IMG/VR virus record: IMGVR_UViG_3300009104_000016
Location: 4,337-68,336 of that record
From: a virus
Strand: one strand, 5' to 3'
DNA: 64,000 nucleotides
In this document: piece after piece, positions 8,741-18,215 of the stretch
Layout of the letters: every line of letters begins with the position of its first letter
Position numbering within the stretch: position 1 is the stretch's first letter
The notes under the pieces: model-generated
What the model was told of the DNA's origin: nothing
Database searches by the model: none
What the model saw: the letters and a program-made list of their open reading frames with translations, nothing else
Position numbers and translations under genes: made by a program

Positions 8741-10828
8741 CTATTCAGAAGTGATTATCCACTTGTTAGTTCCTTTTTTAGGAGACCTCCTTACCCAAGG
8801 GATCCCCTTATCGTGTAAACTCCTCAAACCCCACCCCAGTTTCTTGGGGGTCAAGTCCTTGATGAGGACTCGGGTTCCTTCCATGCGATCCAACTTAACC
8901 AGTAACTCGGAGGCAGTGAGCTCCTCTTCCTCCAGTTCGTGCTTGTCCAACCACTTCTCTCTGAAGATTTGAAGGATCTCCGCAATGTGTGCGTAGCTGG
9001 CATCCGCCAACCATATAGCCTCGATATCCTTGTTCAAGTAACTCTTGACCCCGAAACGGTTCTCCCGAAGCTCGTCGGGCACGCTGGAATTCGACAGGTA
9101 TCGAGCGAAGTACGGAAGCTCTTTGCTTATGGTAGCCGTGAACCCCGGGAAGAAGTCCTTGAATTTCCTGCACTTGAAAATCATCAGCTTGTCCCTGACG
9201 GACATCTCCAAATCCGGGAGAAGCTGCAGAGAAGTGGCGTCTTGGTTGAGCGTCACACTGATGCGTCCCCGCCACCTCACCCTTCCGGGTTTCTTGAACT
9301 TCCCGTTCACGCTGAACTCATCGTTGGCTACGAACTCCTTGATCTTGGAAGTGAAGGCAACTCGGGCCTGCGCGTTGGCGGTAGGAGCTTCATCATCGAC
9401 GGTGAGCATCCCGAACTCGAACAAGTAGTCGTTGAAGTCCGTCTTCGAGCAGAGGTACTCGGAAGCTTTTATATGACCCCCGAAGAGGTTCCCGAGAATC
9501 TGCGTATTCCAAAGAGTCTTACCGCAATTGGGAGGCCCCACCAAAAACTGGGCATGCCCTGAGGAAGGGTTCCCTTCGCTGGCATTCCGGTACGCCCATC
9601 CCAGCCACGCCAGTTCATACTCCAGTTGCTCTTCTCCGAACATCTTCTCAGCCCAGTCGGCTATGGTAGGGAAGCCCTCACCCCACTCCCCTTCCCCGTC
9701 AGCGGGGGCTAGGGTGGCTACGGTGGAAGTGTTGAAGTATCTCTTGTTGGAGAGGTTGACTATGTTTTCCTTGATGAACACGAACGGAACCGCAGCTTCC
9801 ACGCGTTTCTCATTGTGTATTTGGAACAACGCTCTCTCAACTTCAGAAAGGTTTTCATTTCGTCCTCTTCGATTGTCCAGACCCGACCTAGCCCTGAGAT
9901 CTAGAGTGGCTTCCTCCTTGTTGGCAGCTAGAAAAGTGTCGTTGTCCATCCGCACGAAATACTGCTTACCATCGAACCAGTATCTCTCGATGGCTGCGCC
10001 TATCCTGCCTACCTCGAAATCATTAACGAACCGATGACCGAGAATTTCCGACCATGAAACGAAGGGTTGAGGGCCTGTGAAGCATTGCATACCTTCGGGC
10101 CTGACCACCGCAGCCGTTGGGTTGTCTGCGGAGGGGTCCCAAAATCGGGTACCTCTAGCTCCTTCTTGGAAAGGCCCAGTCCAAATACCGGGGTACTGTT
10201 CTTCTATGCCCTCCCTGATGTGACCCAAGTCTATAGCGGTGCCTGCACTTGCGAAATCCGTGGGCTTGGATGTTTCGTATTGCCAATAATGCAAGGCGGC
10301 AAGCGGTATGCGGTTTTGGCTGACCCTCTTCCAGTTCTGGCCAATGGCAAAATAGCGTTGGTGATCGGTGGAGCCTTTGTCTAGGTCTACCCCCAGCTTC
10401 GAGCCCTTGATCTCAAGCATAACCCTTTTCATGAACTCCTTGGCGGATTTCTCGCCGTGGTACATGACGGGTTTCTCAAACAACCACAGAGCGTGCACAC
10501 CTCCCGAGTACGATTCCGAAACATAGTTCACGGGGTACTCGCTCTTTTCCAGTGAACGTTCCACAACCGAGTCGGGAGTTTGTTCGGCGTCGTAGTCGCA
10601 CACAATCCCGTGAATGAAATGAGGCGCGTTGTTCGCACCTACCCTCTGATGGGGATCGAGCCCCTCGTACACACTGAAGAAACAGTATTCCGTATCAGGT
10701 CGCGTACTCCATTCCTTGTAGGCCCGAGTGTTCTCGAAGTCAGGAAGATGGAAGGGAGGGAGGTCCCACAGAACCCTCTTCTCTACCAAGTTAGCCTGTA
10801 GATTGGGAATCGTGAAAAGCTCACTCAT
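8741..10828 (-). CDS. AEP-type primase fused to SF3 (D5/DUF5906-like) helicase
   Basis: IVCDYD and SYSGGVH primase motifs. GPPNCGKT Walker A and VDDE Walker B. Start set at MSELFT. Confidence 0.85.
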   Translation of the reverse strand: MSELFTIPNLQANLVEKRVLWDLPPFHLPDFENTRAYKEWSTRPDTEYCFFSVYEGLDPHQRVGANNAPHFIHGIVCDYDAEQTPDSVVERSLEKSEYPVNYVSESYSGGVHALWLFEKPVMYHGEKSAKEFMKRVMLEIKGSKLGVDLDKGSTDHQRYFAIGQNWKRVSQNRIPLAALHYWQYETSKPTDFASAGTAIDLGHIREGIEEQYPGIWTGPFQEGARGTRFWDPSADNPTAAVVRPEGMQCFTGPQPFVSWSEILGHRFVNDFEVGRIGAAIERYWFDGKQYFVRMDNDTFLAANKEEATLDLRARSGLDNRRGRNENLSEVERALFQIHNEKRVEAAVPFVFIKENIVNLSNKRYFNTSTVATLAPADGEGEWGEGFPTIADWAEKMFGEEQLEYELAWLGWAYRNASEGNPSSGHAQFLVGPPNCGKTLWNTQILGNLFGGHIKASEYLCSKTDFNDYLFEFGMLTVDDEAPTANAQARVAFTSKIKEFVANDEFSVNGKFKKPGRVRWRGRISVTLNQDATSLQLLPDLEMSVRDKLMIFKCRKFKDFFPGFTATISKELPYFARYLSNSSVPDELRENRFGVKSYLNKDIEAIWLADASYAHIAEILQIFREKWLDKHELEEEELTASELLVKLDRMEGTRVLIKDLTPKKLGWGLRSLHDKGIPWVRRSPKKGTNKWIITSE

Positions 10829-10976
10829 CTTCTGGTGTCTCCTCTTCTTCGGATACGCGTTTCCACTCAAAAGGGTAGTCGAAATTGTTGTTCTCGGGAT
10901 CGTCCCAAAGTCTCGCCAGCTCAAGGCACAGCTCTACTTCCATGAAATCTATTCCATCCGCTTCTATCATCACCAT
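10821..10976 (-). CDS. Small acidic protein (51 aa, MVMIEADGIDF...), not in the ORF track
   Basis: Read manually. It fills the pol-primase gap and its stop overlaps the primase start region. Confidence 0.6.
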   Translation of the reverse strand: MVMIEADGIDFMEVELCLELARLWDDPENNNFDYPFEWKRVSEEEETPEDE

Positions 10977-11017
10977 GTGTATTTAAATGTTGTATAAGGT
11001 AACACCGAAGGCAAACA

Positions 11018-12925
11018 CTATTTAGTGTACACCTTTGAAATCTGAGCTTCCGCCCGTAGGGGGAAGTCAGAAGCCCACGAAGGGGGCGTGCACATCAATC
11101 TCGTAATCCGCTCTGCCTCTTCTTCCGCCTCGTCCTCGTTGACGGCTATCACCACCTCGTCGTGCACATGCATAGCTACCTCGTACCCTGCGGAATCCAG
11201 ATTCAGGATAGCTTCGAGGAGGAACTCCCGCGCATTGGCCTGAATCTCGTTCTCGAAAAGCAGGGGCCCGTGCACCGACAGCATCCGTCTCTTGGCCCCC
11301 ATCTGGGACTTGCAACTTATGCCGTAAGTCTCCGGCCTTATGGAAAAGAACTTCAGGAACCTGCCCGACATCAGAGGGAAGGTGTACTCCCCGGCCTTGG
11401 AAGCCATTGCCTTCTTGAGGTTGCTCCCGTGTTCTTTCTGACGCCCCTGAATCAACGGATTGGACTGACGGAAATCCGCCACCTGAATGTAGGCATTGAC
11501 CCACAATCTTTTCTCCTCGGGACTGATGTTGGGGAAAGCGTTGGCTTTGCCGGGATGGTACTTCTCGTTGAAGTCCAGAAACCTCAGGGCATCCGCTCGG
11601 CTGTACGGACGGTCCAGTACCTCGGCCATCCCGAAGTTCTTGACGGTCTGTAGAAACTTCTCCCACCCGGCTCCGTAACCCAATGCGAGCACACGAACTT
11701 TGGCGAGCAGGTAGAGCCCCGGATCGTCTTCCTTCAGGTTGCCCCCCGTCCACCCCATAGTGGCACGGGCATGAGCTTCATAAATGTTAACCCCCTCATA
11801 CAGATAATCGAGCGTTCTCTGGTCTTCCAGAAGATAGGCTATGGTATAGGGCTCGATGGAAGTGAAGTCCGCAATCACCCATGTCTTCCCCTCGGGAGCT
11901 TCGATGAGGGAACGGATATCCACTCCGTACATGGCGGAACGTGGTATGTTTTGTATGTTATTGCCCGCATCCCCGCTGAACCTGCCGGTGTGCCCTCCGA
12001 AATACTTCAAGTTAAAGGGGATCGTTCCATCCGAACGCAGCCGAGACTCGAAGGTGCGGAGGCGTTTCAAGTGGGTGTTCATCCTCTGGTAGTTCTGCAT
12101 GGAGTACACGAAAGGAAGGGAGTCACCGTGTTCCCTAATCCATTTCTCGAAGTCAGGGTTGCCCTTGGCTAACGATTTGGGAGGCTCTATACCCCGCTTT
12201 CGACACTCCAGAGCCAGTGCCTTCTTTGAGTATATGACATAGGGTTTCTTCGTGTCGGGATCTATTTCCTCATGCCAAGGAAGCTCGGCTCTAGCGGCAA
12301 ACATCTGCCTTTCGAGATCGTCTATGCCCCTAGTAAGACTATCTTCGTTGATAGGCAGACCGCGCATACCCATAACGCGGTTAATTTCACTGAGCCGAGC
12401 TTCCTTGTCAGGCCAATAAGGCCGGCATTTCTTGTAAAGTTCCCAAGTAAGTTTCGAGTCATCGAGACAGTACTGCAGAAGTTCCTTGGCCTTGTCCTCG
12501 GCAATGGCATCATCCCACGTCTTCCCCTTCATCCAATTTCGGATATCCTTGGACACTTCCTTGCCCAAACAATACTTGGACGCCCCCGCCAAAGTCCTCT
12601 GGTAGTGGAAGTAAACCGCCAAATCGGCGGAACACTCCCACCCCTCCACGGTTTCGGCTATCTTTAAAGGGACTATTCCCTGCTCTACCAAACTCTCAAA
12701 CACCACTTGATCGAAGCTGGCGTTGTGGGCTACCAAAGTATGCCCCTTGATCTTCTTCCACGGAGCGTCCTTGGGGTGCCCCACCCACTCCAGCTCATCG
12801 TTCACCAGTGAAACCATGTAGGCTTCAAAGTCCGGGTGTCTGCAATAAGCGTGAGCCCCTAGGGTGACGACCGAACAGGTCTTGTCGTAATACGTCTCAA
12901 AGTCGATGACGGTAATCTTATTCAT
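11018..12925 (-). CDS. polA: DNA polymerase family A with 3'-5' exonuclease
   Basis: DFET and AHNASFD exo motifs. Motif A ADFTSIE, motif B KVRVLALGYG, motif C HVHDE. Confidence 0.95.
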   Translation of the reverse strand: MNKITVIDFETYYDKTCSVVTLGAHAYCRHPDFEAYMVSLVNDELEWVGHPKDAPWKKIKGHTLVAHNASFDQVVFESLVEQGIVPLKIAETVEGWECSADLAVYFHYQRTLAGASKYCLGKEVSKDIRNWMKGKTWDDAIAEDKAKELLQYCLDDSKLTWELYKKCRPYWPDKEARLSEINRVMGMRGLPINEDSLTRGIDDLERQMFAARAELPWHEEIDPDTKKPYVIYSKKALALECRKRGIEPPKSLAKGNPDFEKWIREHGDSLPFVYSMQNYQRMNTHLKRLRTFESRLRSDGTIPFNLKYFGGHTGRFSGDAGNNIQNIPRSAMYGVDIRSLIEAPEGKTWVIADFTSIEPYTIAYLLEDQRTLDYLYEGVNIYEAHARATMGWTGGNLKEDDPGLYLLAKVRVLALGYGAGWEKFLQTVKNFGMAEVLDRPYSRADALRFLDFNEKYHPGKANAFPNISPEEKRLWVNAYIQVADFRQSNPLIQGRQKEHGSNLKKAMASKAGEYTFPLMSGRFLKFFSIRPETYGISCKSQMGAKRRMLSVHGPLLFENEIQANAREFLLEAILNLDSAGYEVAMHVHDEVVIAVNEDEAEEEAERITRLMCTPPSWASDFPLRAEAQISKVYTK

Positions 12926-13083
12926 GCGTTAACTAGCTCTTTTATGTTGGGTCTAGTGTTGGCTCCTCTTCGGCGCAACCACCTGTAGTAGCCGTTGCGG
13001 CTGACCCCTTGGATCTTACAGGCTTTAGTTATGTCCACGTATTTCGCCAGTTGATGCACCCGTTTGAAATCTTCCGTTTTCAT
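12922..13083 (-). CDS. Small HTH protein
   Basis: ITKACKIQGVSRNGYYRW HTH. ATGA overlap with polA. Confidence 0.7.
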   Translation of the reverse strand: MKTEDFKRVHQLAKYVDITKACKIQGVSRNGYYRWLRRRGANTRPNIKELVNA

Positions 13084-13121
13084 ACTCTTCTTAACGAGGG
13101 GCCGGAGCCCCTCAGGTTGAT

Positions 13122-13853
13122 TCAGGAAGTGAAGTCCGACAGCCACTCTTGGAACTCCGGAGAGTTGGCTTCACCCTTCTTGACGATGGGCACGAAGGTC
13201 GTGTTGCCAGTCTTGAAGGCTCTTTTCTCAGTCGTGAGCTTGAAGCTGCCCGTGGCCAAACCCTTTCGGTAGTAGGTCGCGGCGGCAGAGATCAAGTCCG
13301 TGGCGGCGGAGAAATACGCAGTGTTGCGAAGCTTCCACCTTGCGAAGGCGTAGTTCTTGCCGTCGTGTTCAAACGGGAAGAACGAGGGATCGTCGCCATC
13401 TTGGCTGACTGCGATCAACGCATCCGCCATAGGCTTCCACGTAGGAGCCACCCTCTCACCGTCGTCGCCCGTAGTCCACCCCAGCGTACCTCCGAGGTCG
13501 AGGACTTCGGCCTTGGTGTTCACCAGACGGGGAATCTCATCCACGCCCCAAGGCAGGTTCTCTTCGTAGAGTTTGGCGAGGCGCACTACCGTAATGTCGG
13601 CAGGTTGCTCCAATTTATACTCCCCGTCCAAAACGAGATCGCCCTTGTTGAGGCCCTCGATATCGGACAGCTTACCCATCCCCGAGACGATCTGAACCAG
13701 AGGAAACTTAATGTCCTCGGAGTCGATGTCTCCCGTTATGCCAGCACCCGTAGGTCTAGGTATCGCGAGCTCCTCTGCGGAAGCCACGATGTCTTTGGAG
13801 GTTACGACCTCCGCGTTTTCTTCTATCTCAGCAGTTAATGATGTCTTAGCCAT
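13122..13853 (-). CDS. Putative ssDNA-binding/recombination protein
   Basis: Acidic 243-aa protein with EDIKFPLVQIV...KGDLVL, located between nuclease and polA as SSB-like genes often are. Confidence 0.55.
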   Translation of the reverse strand: MAKTSLTAEIEENAEVVTSKDIVASAEELAIPRPTGAGITGDIDSEDIKFPLVQIVSGMGKLSDIEGLNKGDLVLDGEYKLEQPADITVVRLAKLYEENLPWGVDEIPRLVNTKAEVLDLGGTLGWTTGDDGERVAPTWKPMADALIAVSQDGDDPSFFPFEHDGKNYAFARWKLRNTAYFSAATDLISAAATYYRKGLATGSFKLTTEKRAFKTGNTTFVPIVKKGEANSPEFQEWLSDFTS

Positions 13854-13903
13854 TAGTCTTTTTGTATTTGGTTGTACTTATGTATGCCGACTGTACGTCA
13901 GCT

Positions 13904-14779
13904 CTACGTTAGGTTTCTCTGCTTCCTCAGATAAGGAATCAGAAGTTGATCGTCGTCCTCGGGAACCAGATCGTTGCGCAGCAACTCGGCTTCGATCCGT
14001 GGACGGGCTTCCTTTTTCTCCCCGACGGGCAGCTTCTGGGCATACGCCTTGGCTATGTCGGTGAGGGAAGCCTTGCAGATTGACATGAATTCCTCGGGGG
14101 TGAAGAAGTCGGAAAGTGCGTTGTACACTTCCTCCATTTCTTCCCCCTTGAACTTAGCGGTGGGCTTGCGGTGGAGCACGGAGTAACCCGGGATATCCTC
14201 GCCCTCTTGATGGGCCATGCGAAGAGCCTCCCTACGAACCTCCTTGCCCCAATTCTCCACCACTCCACTGACCTCCAGCATCTTGGCGATCATGACGGGG
14301 TCATCAATAGCCATAGGGTTGAGGTTATCCCACAACGCCACCTCAAAATTGTCAGTACCTTGGGCGTACTTCTTGGCGAGGGGCAACAGCTTGGACTGCA
14401 GGGCCGGACAAGTGACGCGACTACCGCAATACTTGCAAGCCTCGGTGTTCGTTATAAGCTCGGTCTTGGCCTTGGCCCGTGTGACTATCAACTCTACCCG
14501 CATGATGATGTAGTCCATGTCGGGTTCCCTGTTGAAGGTATGCACGGTAACCTCGTCTCTCCGTGGCAGGATGAACCTGACCGTGACGGTCTTGGCCCAC
14601 TGGAACTTCTGGAAGCAGCCTAAGGCGTAAGCTTGACCCTGTATATTGATCTCGGCATCGTCGACGGGGTTGTACCCGAACTTGTAGTCGAGCATCTCCA
14701 CATGTTCCCGTTCGGGGAACTCAGCCACTACGTCGGCCGTTCCGAAGATATTCTTTGAAGAATCTATTGAAGTTGTCAT
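13904..14779 (-). CDS. Cas4-like/DUF2800 PD-(D/E)XK exonuclease, C-terminal part
   Basis: FGTADVV...DYKFG...QGQAYALG and CKYC...CP. Own ATG at 14779. Confidence 0.85.
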   Translation of the reverse strand: MTTSIDSSKNIFGTADVVAEFPEREHVEMLDYKFGYNPVDDAEINIQGQAYALGCFQKFQWAKTVTVRFILPRRDEVTVHTFNREPDMDYIIMRVELIVTRAKAKTELITNTEACKYCGSRVTCPALQSKLLPLAKKYAQGTDNFEVALWDNLNPMAIDDPVMIAKMLEVSGVVENWGKEVRREALRMAHQEGEDIPGYSVLHRKPTAKFKGEEMEEVYNALSDFFTPEEFMSICKASLTDIAKAYAQKLPVGEKKEARPRIEAELLRNDLVPEDDDQLLIPYLRKQRNLT

Positions 14780-14927
14780 TGTATTGGAATTCGTAGATGG
14801 GGATGAGCTTCCGTTCGGAACCGTCCACGCAGGTTGCGAAAAGAAACTCTCCCTCGCTAACCCCGTCGACCAGTACGACATCACCCGTCAGCAAGAGCTT
14901 CAGAGGAATCGATTCCTGAAGTGTCAT
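14721..14927 (-). CDS. Small ORF inserted in the split nuclease (68 aa)
   Basis: Overlaps both nuclease halves in a third frame. Coding status is uncertain. Confidence 0.4.
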   Translation of the reverse strand: MTLQESIPLKLLLTGDVVLVDGVSEGEFLFATCVDGSERKLIPIYEFQYNDNFNRFFKEYLRNGRRSG

Positions 14928-15189
14928 AGTTGATCACCATCTTCAGTTCGCGGTGTACTTCTGCGGCCTCTGCGGTCACTGAGTTGGCGTAAGCCAAGCA
15001 TTTGCGGACGAGCGTAAGCTGATCGGAATCGAGCCCTCCCAAGTCCCCCGTCTCGCACGCTTCGTGCAGACGTGTTCCCTCTATAGCCACGGGATGCGGC
15101 TCCTCGTCGTTGGAGTTCCGAAACCCCGGACATATCTCAATGTACTTGAGAGTGCTCGGGCCGAACTTATGGTGAGCTTCCTCGGTCAC
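14881..15189 (-). CDS. Cas4-like/DUF2800 exonuclease, N-terminal part
   Basis: HHKFGPSTL...CPG...EGTRLHEACE is the typical N-terminus. GTG start overlaps the upstream TGA. Confidence 0.8.
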   Translation of the reverse strand: MTEEAHHKFGPSTLKYIEICPGFRNSNDEEPHPVAIEGTRLHEACETGDLGGLDSDQLTLVRKCLAYANSVTAEAAEVHRELKMVINYDTSGIDSSEALADG

Positions 15190-15428
15190 GGCTCCCTCCT
15201 TCCGCTGCTGACCTGATGCAGGTAATCCACGGGCCGAAGATTCAGGGACTTTGCCCGCATCTCCACCCAACTTTGGTCGTAGTTCCCCGTCCGAATGTCC
15301 TCGGCCGAGGGTCGGGCAAATTCGCCCAAGGGAAACCTCGGGTCACCGTTGCATTTGAAAGGGGAGGGGTGGTGAGGGCATCCGCACAGCAGGAGCGCGG
15401 TAACTATCATAAGAGTGGCTGACGTCAT
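15186..15428 (-). CDS. Small protein with lipoprotein-like signal (LLLCGC)
   Basis: Hydrophobic N-terminus ending in a lipobox-like Cys. Coupled overlaps at both ends. Confidence 0.6.
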   Translation of the reverse strand: MTSATLMIVTALLLCGCPHHPSPFKCNGDPRFPLGEFARPSAEDIRTGNYDQSWVEMRAKSLNLRPVDYLHQVSSGRREP

Positions 15429-15673
15429 GACTCCTCCTTCCAGCCCTCGGGATCCATCCCGGATTTGAAATCGACGATGTCGCCAAGGAAATCGTAGGTG
15501 CCCCCATCGCTCGGCTCGGCATCCTTCTCCTTCTCCGTCTGCTCACGGGTGAGCCTTTCGGTAATCTTGTCGAGCTTGGTGATCGCCCGACGTACCTCGG
15601 TCAGCTCCTCGCTGCATTCCATGATGGCGTTCTTCAACGCCAATATCTCGTGTGCATACTTCTTCTCAGTCAT
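15425..15673 (-). CDS. Small coiled-coil protein
   Basis: Heptad pattern and coupled overlaps. Confidence 0.7.
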   Translation of the reverse strand: MTEKKYAHEILALKNAIMECSEELTEVRRAITKLDKITERLTREQTEKEKDAEPSDGGTYDFLGDIVDFKSGMDPEGWKEES

Positions 15674-15986
15674 CGTTTCCCTCCTTTACATGTCTAATCG
15701 CCATCACGGCGCATATCTCGAACAGATCGTTTATCATGCACTGCAAGTGAGCCATGAACTCCACCATGCAGGCCTTGTAGAGAACCTCGGGAGCTACGTC
15801 TGAAAACTCGGGAAGTCCCGCCTTCGATTCCATGGAAGCGTTTATTACACTGCTCACTTGTTGAGCGGCACTGTCGAGACGCTTCCTCATCTCGGGCGGT
15901 AACTCCGAAAAACTGGAGAGACCTTTAGCTTTTTTGAAATCGAAGGGGATATCCCCGTTCTTGTCATCTGCGAATCTGTATCCCAT
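15666..15986 (-). CDS. Hypothetical protein
   Basis: TAATG coupling to the helicase stop. Confidence 0.7.
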   Translation of the reverse strand: MGYRFADDKNGDIPFDFKKAKGLSSFSELPPEMRKRLDSAAQQVSSVINASMESKAGLPEFSDVAPEVLYKACMVEFMAHLQCMINDLFEICAVMAIRHVKEGNDD

Positions 15987-17335
15987 TACAATATAGGGTT
16001 AAGCTCATCATCGTTGATGAGATCTAGGTTTCGTATCTTCTGCCGAACACGCTGGCATACTCTTTCCTCCACCGTATCTGCGGCGAATACTATGCGTTGA
16101 ACGCTTTTGGATTTTGCTCCGGCTCTGTGGACTCTTCCCAACGCCTGCTTCAAATCGATAGCCGAGAACGTTGGAGAAATTATACTTACACGGGAACGCT
16201 TGCCGTCCGTGTCGTGGAGGCTGATGCCCAACCCCCCTGCTGAAATAGTGGACACGCAACAGAGCCAAGGCGAGGTGCCGAAACAGGCAACCGCCATTTC
16301 CCTGTCCTCCTCGGAGTCTCCTCCCTTGATGGTGACGCAACTCGACTTCCCCGATTCCTCCACCAACTGCACGACCTTGGAGAGCGTCTCCCTGAAGGAA
16401 ACGAACACGGCTACCGCATGTCCTTCCCCAATGGCGTCCAAGGTTAGATCGGCAAAGAGAGGAGCCTTGAGAAGCTCTACCCTCTGCCGTGCCCTGAGTT
16501 GCTTGGTAAGGGGGTTGTCGGGATCCACGTCGTTGGCGGCTCTCTCGTCGACCTCCTTAAGTTCCTTGTAGACCTTGTTCACCTCCTCTGGCTCACCTAC
16601 CGCATAACTCTGGGGTATGATGAGGGTCTCCGGAAAATCGGGAATGTCCTTGGTACGCAGACGCGAACCCTTCTCTGAATATATCTGGTCGTGGAGCTTC
16701 CTCAGGTAAAGCTTCTCCCCCACGAAGTCCAACCCTCCGAACTGCCCCGGAACGCAACCGTTGAGACGGCACCACCTCCACCAATCGGTACCCCCGTGGA
16801 GACGCAGGGCGAAACCCAGAGCCTTCATCTCGGTAGGATCGGTACAGGAGGTGGCCCCGAGAAGAAGCATGGGGCGACCGTCCTCAGCCGCTGCCATGAG
16901 CATGCGAGAGTTCTGCGACGAGGGGCTCTTGCACTTGTGATCCTCGTCGAAGATCAGGAGGATGCCCCCGTAACGCAACTGCCACTTGTACTTCCGACCC
17001 TTCTTCTTTAAGAAGTCGGTGTTCCCCGTCTTGAGCTTCTCGTAGGTGAAGACGAAGGGCTCCTCCACATTGGGGAAAAACTTGGCGTACCATTCCTTCC
17101 ACGCAGGAACCACGGACTTGGGGCATATGACGAAGGGAGTCAGGGACAGGCGGCGGGCGGTTTCCAGAGCGACCACGGTCTTCCCCGTACCCGTATCCGA
17201 ACCGTCCTTGGCAACACCGTGAGTTTCGATGGAGTGTGCCAGTGAAGCACAATGGTCTTCCTGCCAAGGGTACAGGGCTGGCGGCAGGGGGTTGCCGGTG
17301 CTTTGTCTGATCACCCCCTCTATGGTCACAGGCAT
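15986..17335 (-). CDS. SF2 (SNF2-like) helicase
   Basis: DTGTGKT, DEDH, GAT, GGLGISL and QALGRVHRAG motifs. Confidence 0.92.
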   Translation of the reverse strand: MPVTIEGVIRQSTGNPLPPALYPWQEDHCASLAHSIETHGVAKDGSDTGTGKTVVALETARRLSLTPFVICPKSVVPAWKEWYAKFFPNVEEPFVFTYEKLKTGNTDFLKKKGRKYKWQLRYGGILLIFDEDHKCKSPSSQNSRMLMAAAEDGRPMLLLGATSCTDPTEMKALGFALRLHGGTDWWRWCRLNGCVPGQFGGLDFVGEKLYLRKLHDQIYSEKGSRLRTKDIPDFPETLIIPQSYAVGEPEEVNKVYKELKEVDERAANDVDPDNPLTKQLRARQRVELLKAPLFADLTLDAIGEGHAVAVFVSFRETLSKVVQLVEESGKSSCVTIKGGDSEEDREMAVACFGTSPWLCCVSTISAGGLGISLHDTDGKRSRVSIISPTFSAIDLKQALGRVHRAGAKSKSVQRIVFAADTVEERVCQRVRQKIRNLDLINDDELNPIL

Positions 17336-17619
17336 ACCCTACCCCTCTCCTCTTCCGCACCCCTGTCGCGCAGGTTCTGTATCATCGACACGGCGTCTTC
17401 CACCGATATGCCGTCGTCCTTGAACACCTTCTTCAACTTGGGGTAGAGACGCATGAGAGCCTTCTGTTCTATCTGACGCACACGCTCACGCGTGACCCCC
17501 ATCTGGACGGCGATCTCATCGAGGGTGTAGCTTCTTCCGGGTTCGGCATTGTCCGCAAATTTCTGCAACCTCTGGTCGGCTTCGGTGGGTTTGGCGAAAT
17601 CAGCCGAAGACGGATTCAC
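17326..17619 (-). CDS. Sigma-70 region 4-like HTH protein
   Basis: YTLDEIAVQMGVTRERVRQIEQKALMRL closely matches the RpoD region 4.2 pattern. Probable GTG start at 17619. Confidence 0.85.
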   Translation of the reverse strand: MNPSSADFAKPTEADQRLQKFADNAEPGRSYTLDEIAVQMGVTRERVRQIEQKALMRLYPKLKKVFKDDGISVEDAVSMIQNLRDRGAEEERGRVCL

Positions 17620-17794
17620 TGAGCTTGTTCGCGTACTCTGCGATTTTTTGGAGGCCTTGGTCGGGAATTTCGCGGGTTGTGAAACGCCGCTTACACTTAT
17701 GGCATCGGCGACGCCTGCGGGTGTGGGCTTGGTTTTTGCCGGTGCGGGTTTCGAGGGTTTTGCTTTTGTCATGATCACAATAAGGACATCTCAT
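17600..17794 (-). CDS. NrdR-like zinc-ribbon protein without ATP cone
   Basis: MRCPYC...ETR...RRRRRCHKCKRRFTTRE is the NrdR N-terminal signature. Confidence 0.85.
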   Translation of the reverse strand: MRCPYCDHDKSKTLETRTGKNQAHTRRRRRCHKCKRRFTTREIPDQGLQKIAEYANKLSESVFG

Positions 17795-17847
17795 TAAAGT
17801 AGGGGAAGGGAGTTGAGAGTATCCAATCCTGTATTAGATAAGTGTAC

Positions 17848-17876
17848 AAGGTATACACGTGCGACACGGAATGCAA
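17848..17876 (-). promoter_or_regulatory. Sigma70-like promoter TTGCAT-17-TACCTT
   Basis: In an AT-rich gap upstream of the NrdR-like gene, with an A-tract UP-like element. Confidence 0.5.
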
Positions 17877-17984
17877 GTTTTTTTGTAAACTTTTTTAAAA
17901 AATTTATATCGTTGTCCCATAAGGACTTACGACACTTTCGGGGTGTGGGCTTCAGGAAAGTTACGGAAAGTTCCGGAAAAAGAG

Positions 17985-18215
17985 TCAAGTGTGCGTCAAC
18001 TTTTTAGTAAACTTCTCGTTCACCTTGAGGGAGTACAGGTAGAACCACAAATCCATGATCTCGTCGGCGATGGCATCGAGGTGCTGTTCGTAACTCATCT
18101 TGCTCAAACCGCGCGAACCGTCGGGGTTGTGTTCGGCTATGCCTGCGTCGAACTTAGCCCTCGCCTTCTCGGCGAAAGCCCTCAGTGCCTCGTCTCTCAA
18201 GTCCTCGTCGCTCAA
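17985..18215 (-). CDS. Small all-alpha NTP-pyrophosphatase (MazG-like) protein
   Basis: KFDAG...HLDAIADEIMDLWFY (E..D...Y pattern). Confidence 0.55.
   Translation of the reverse strand: MSDEDLRDEALRAFAEKARAKFDAGIAEHNPDGSRGLSKMSYEQHLDAIADEIMDLWFYLYSLKVNEKFTKKLTHT

Noticed and set aside
13904-15189. Cas4-like gene as part of a CRISPR system
   Set aside because: It lies in the replication operon with SSB and polA, the usual place for phage DUF2800 exonucleases. There is no array.
17620-17778. 150-aa version of the sigma-4 ORF
   Set aside because: The extension is low-complexity and overlaps the clearly conserved NrdR-like ORF. GTG 17619 is preferred.
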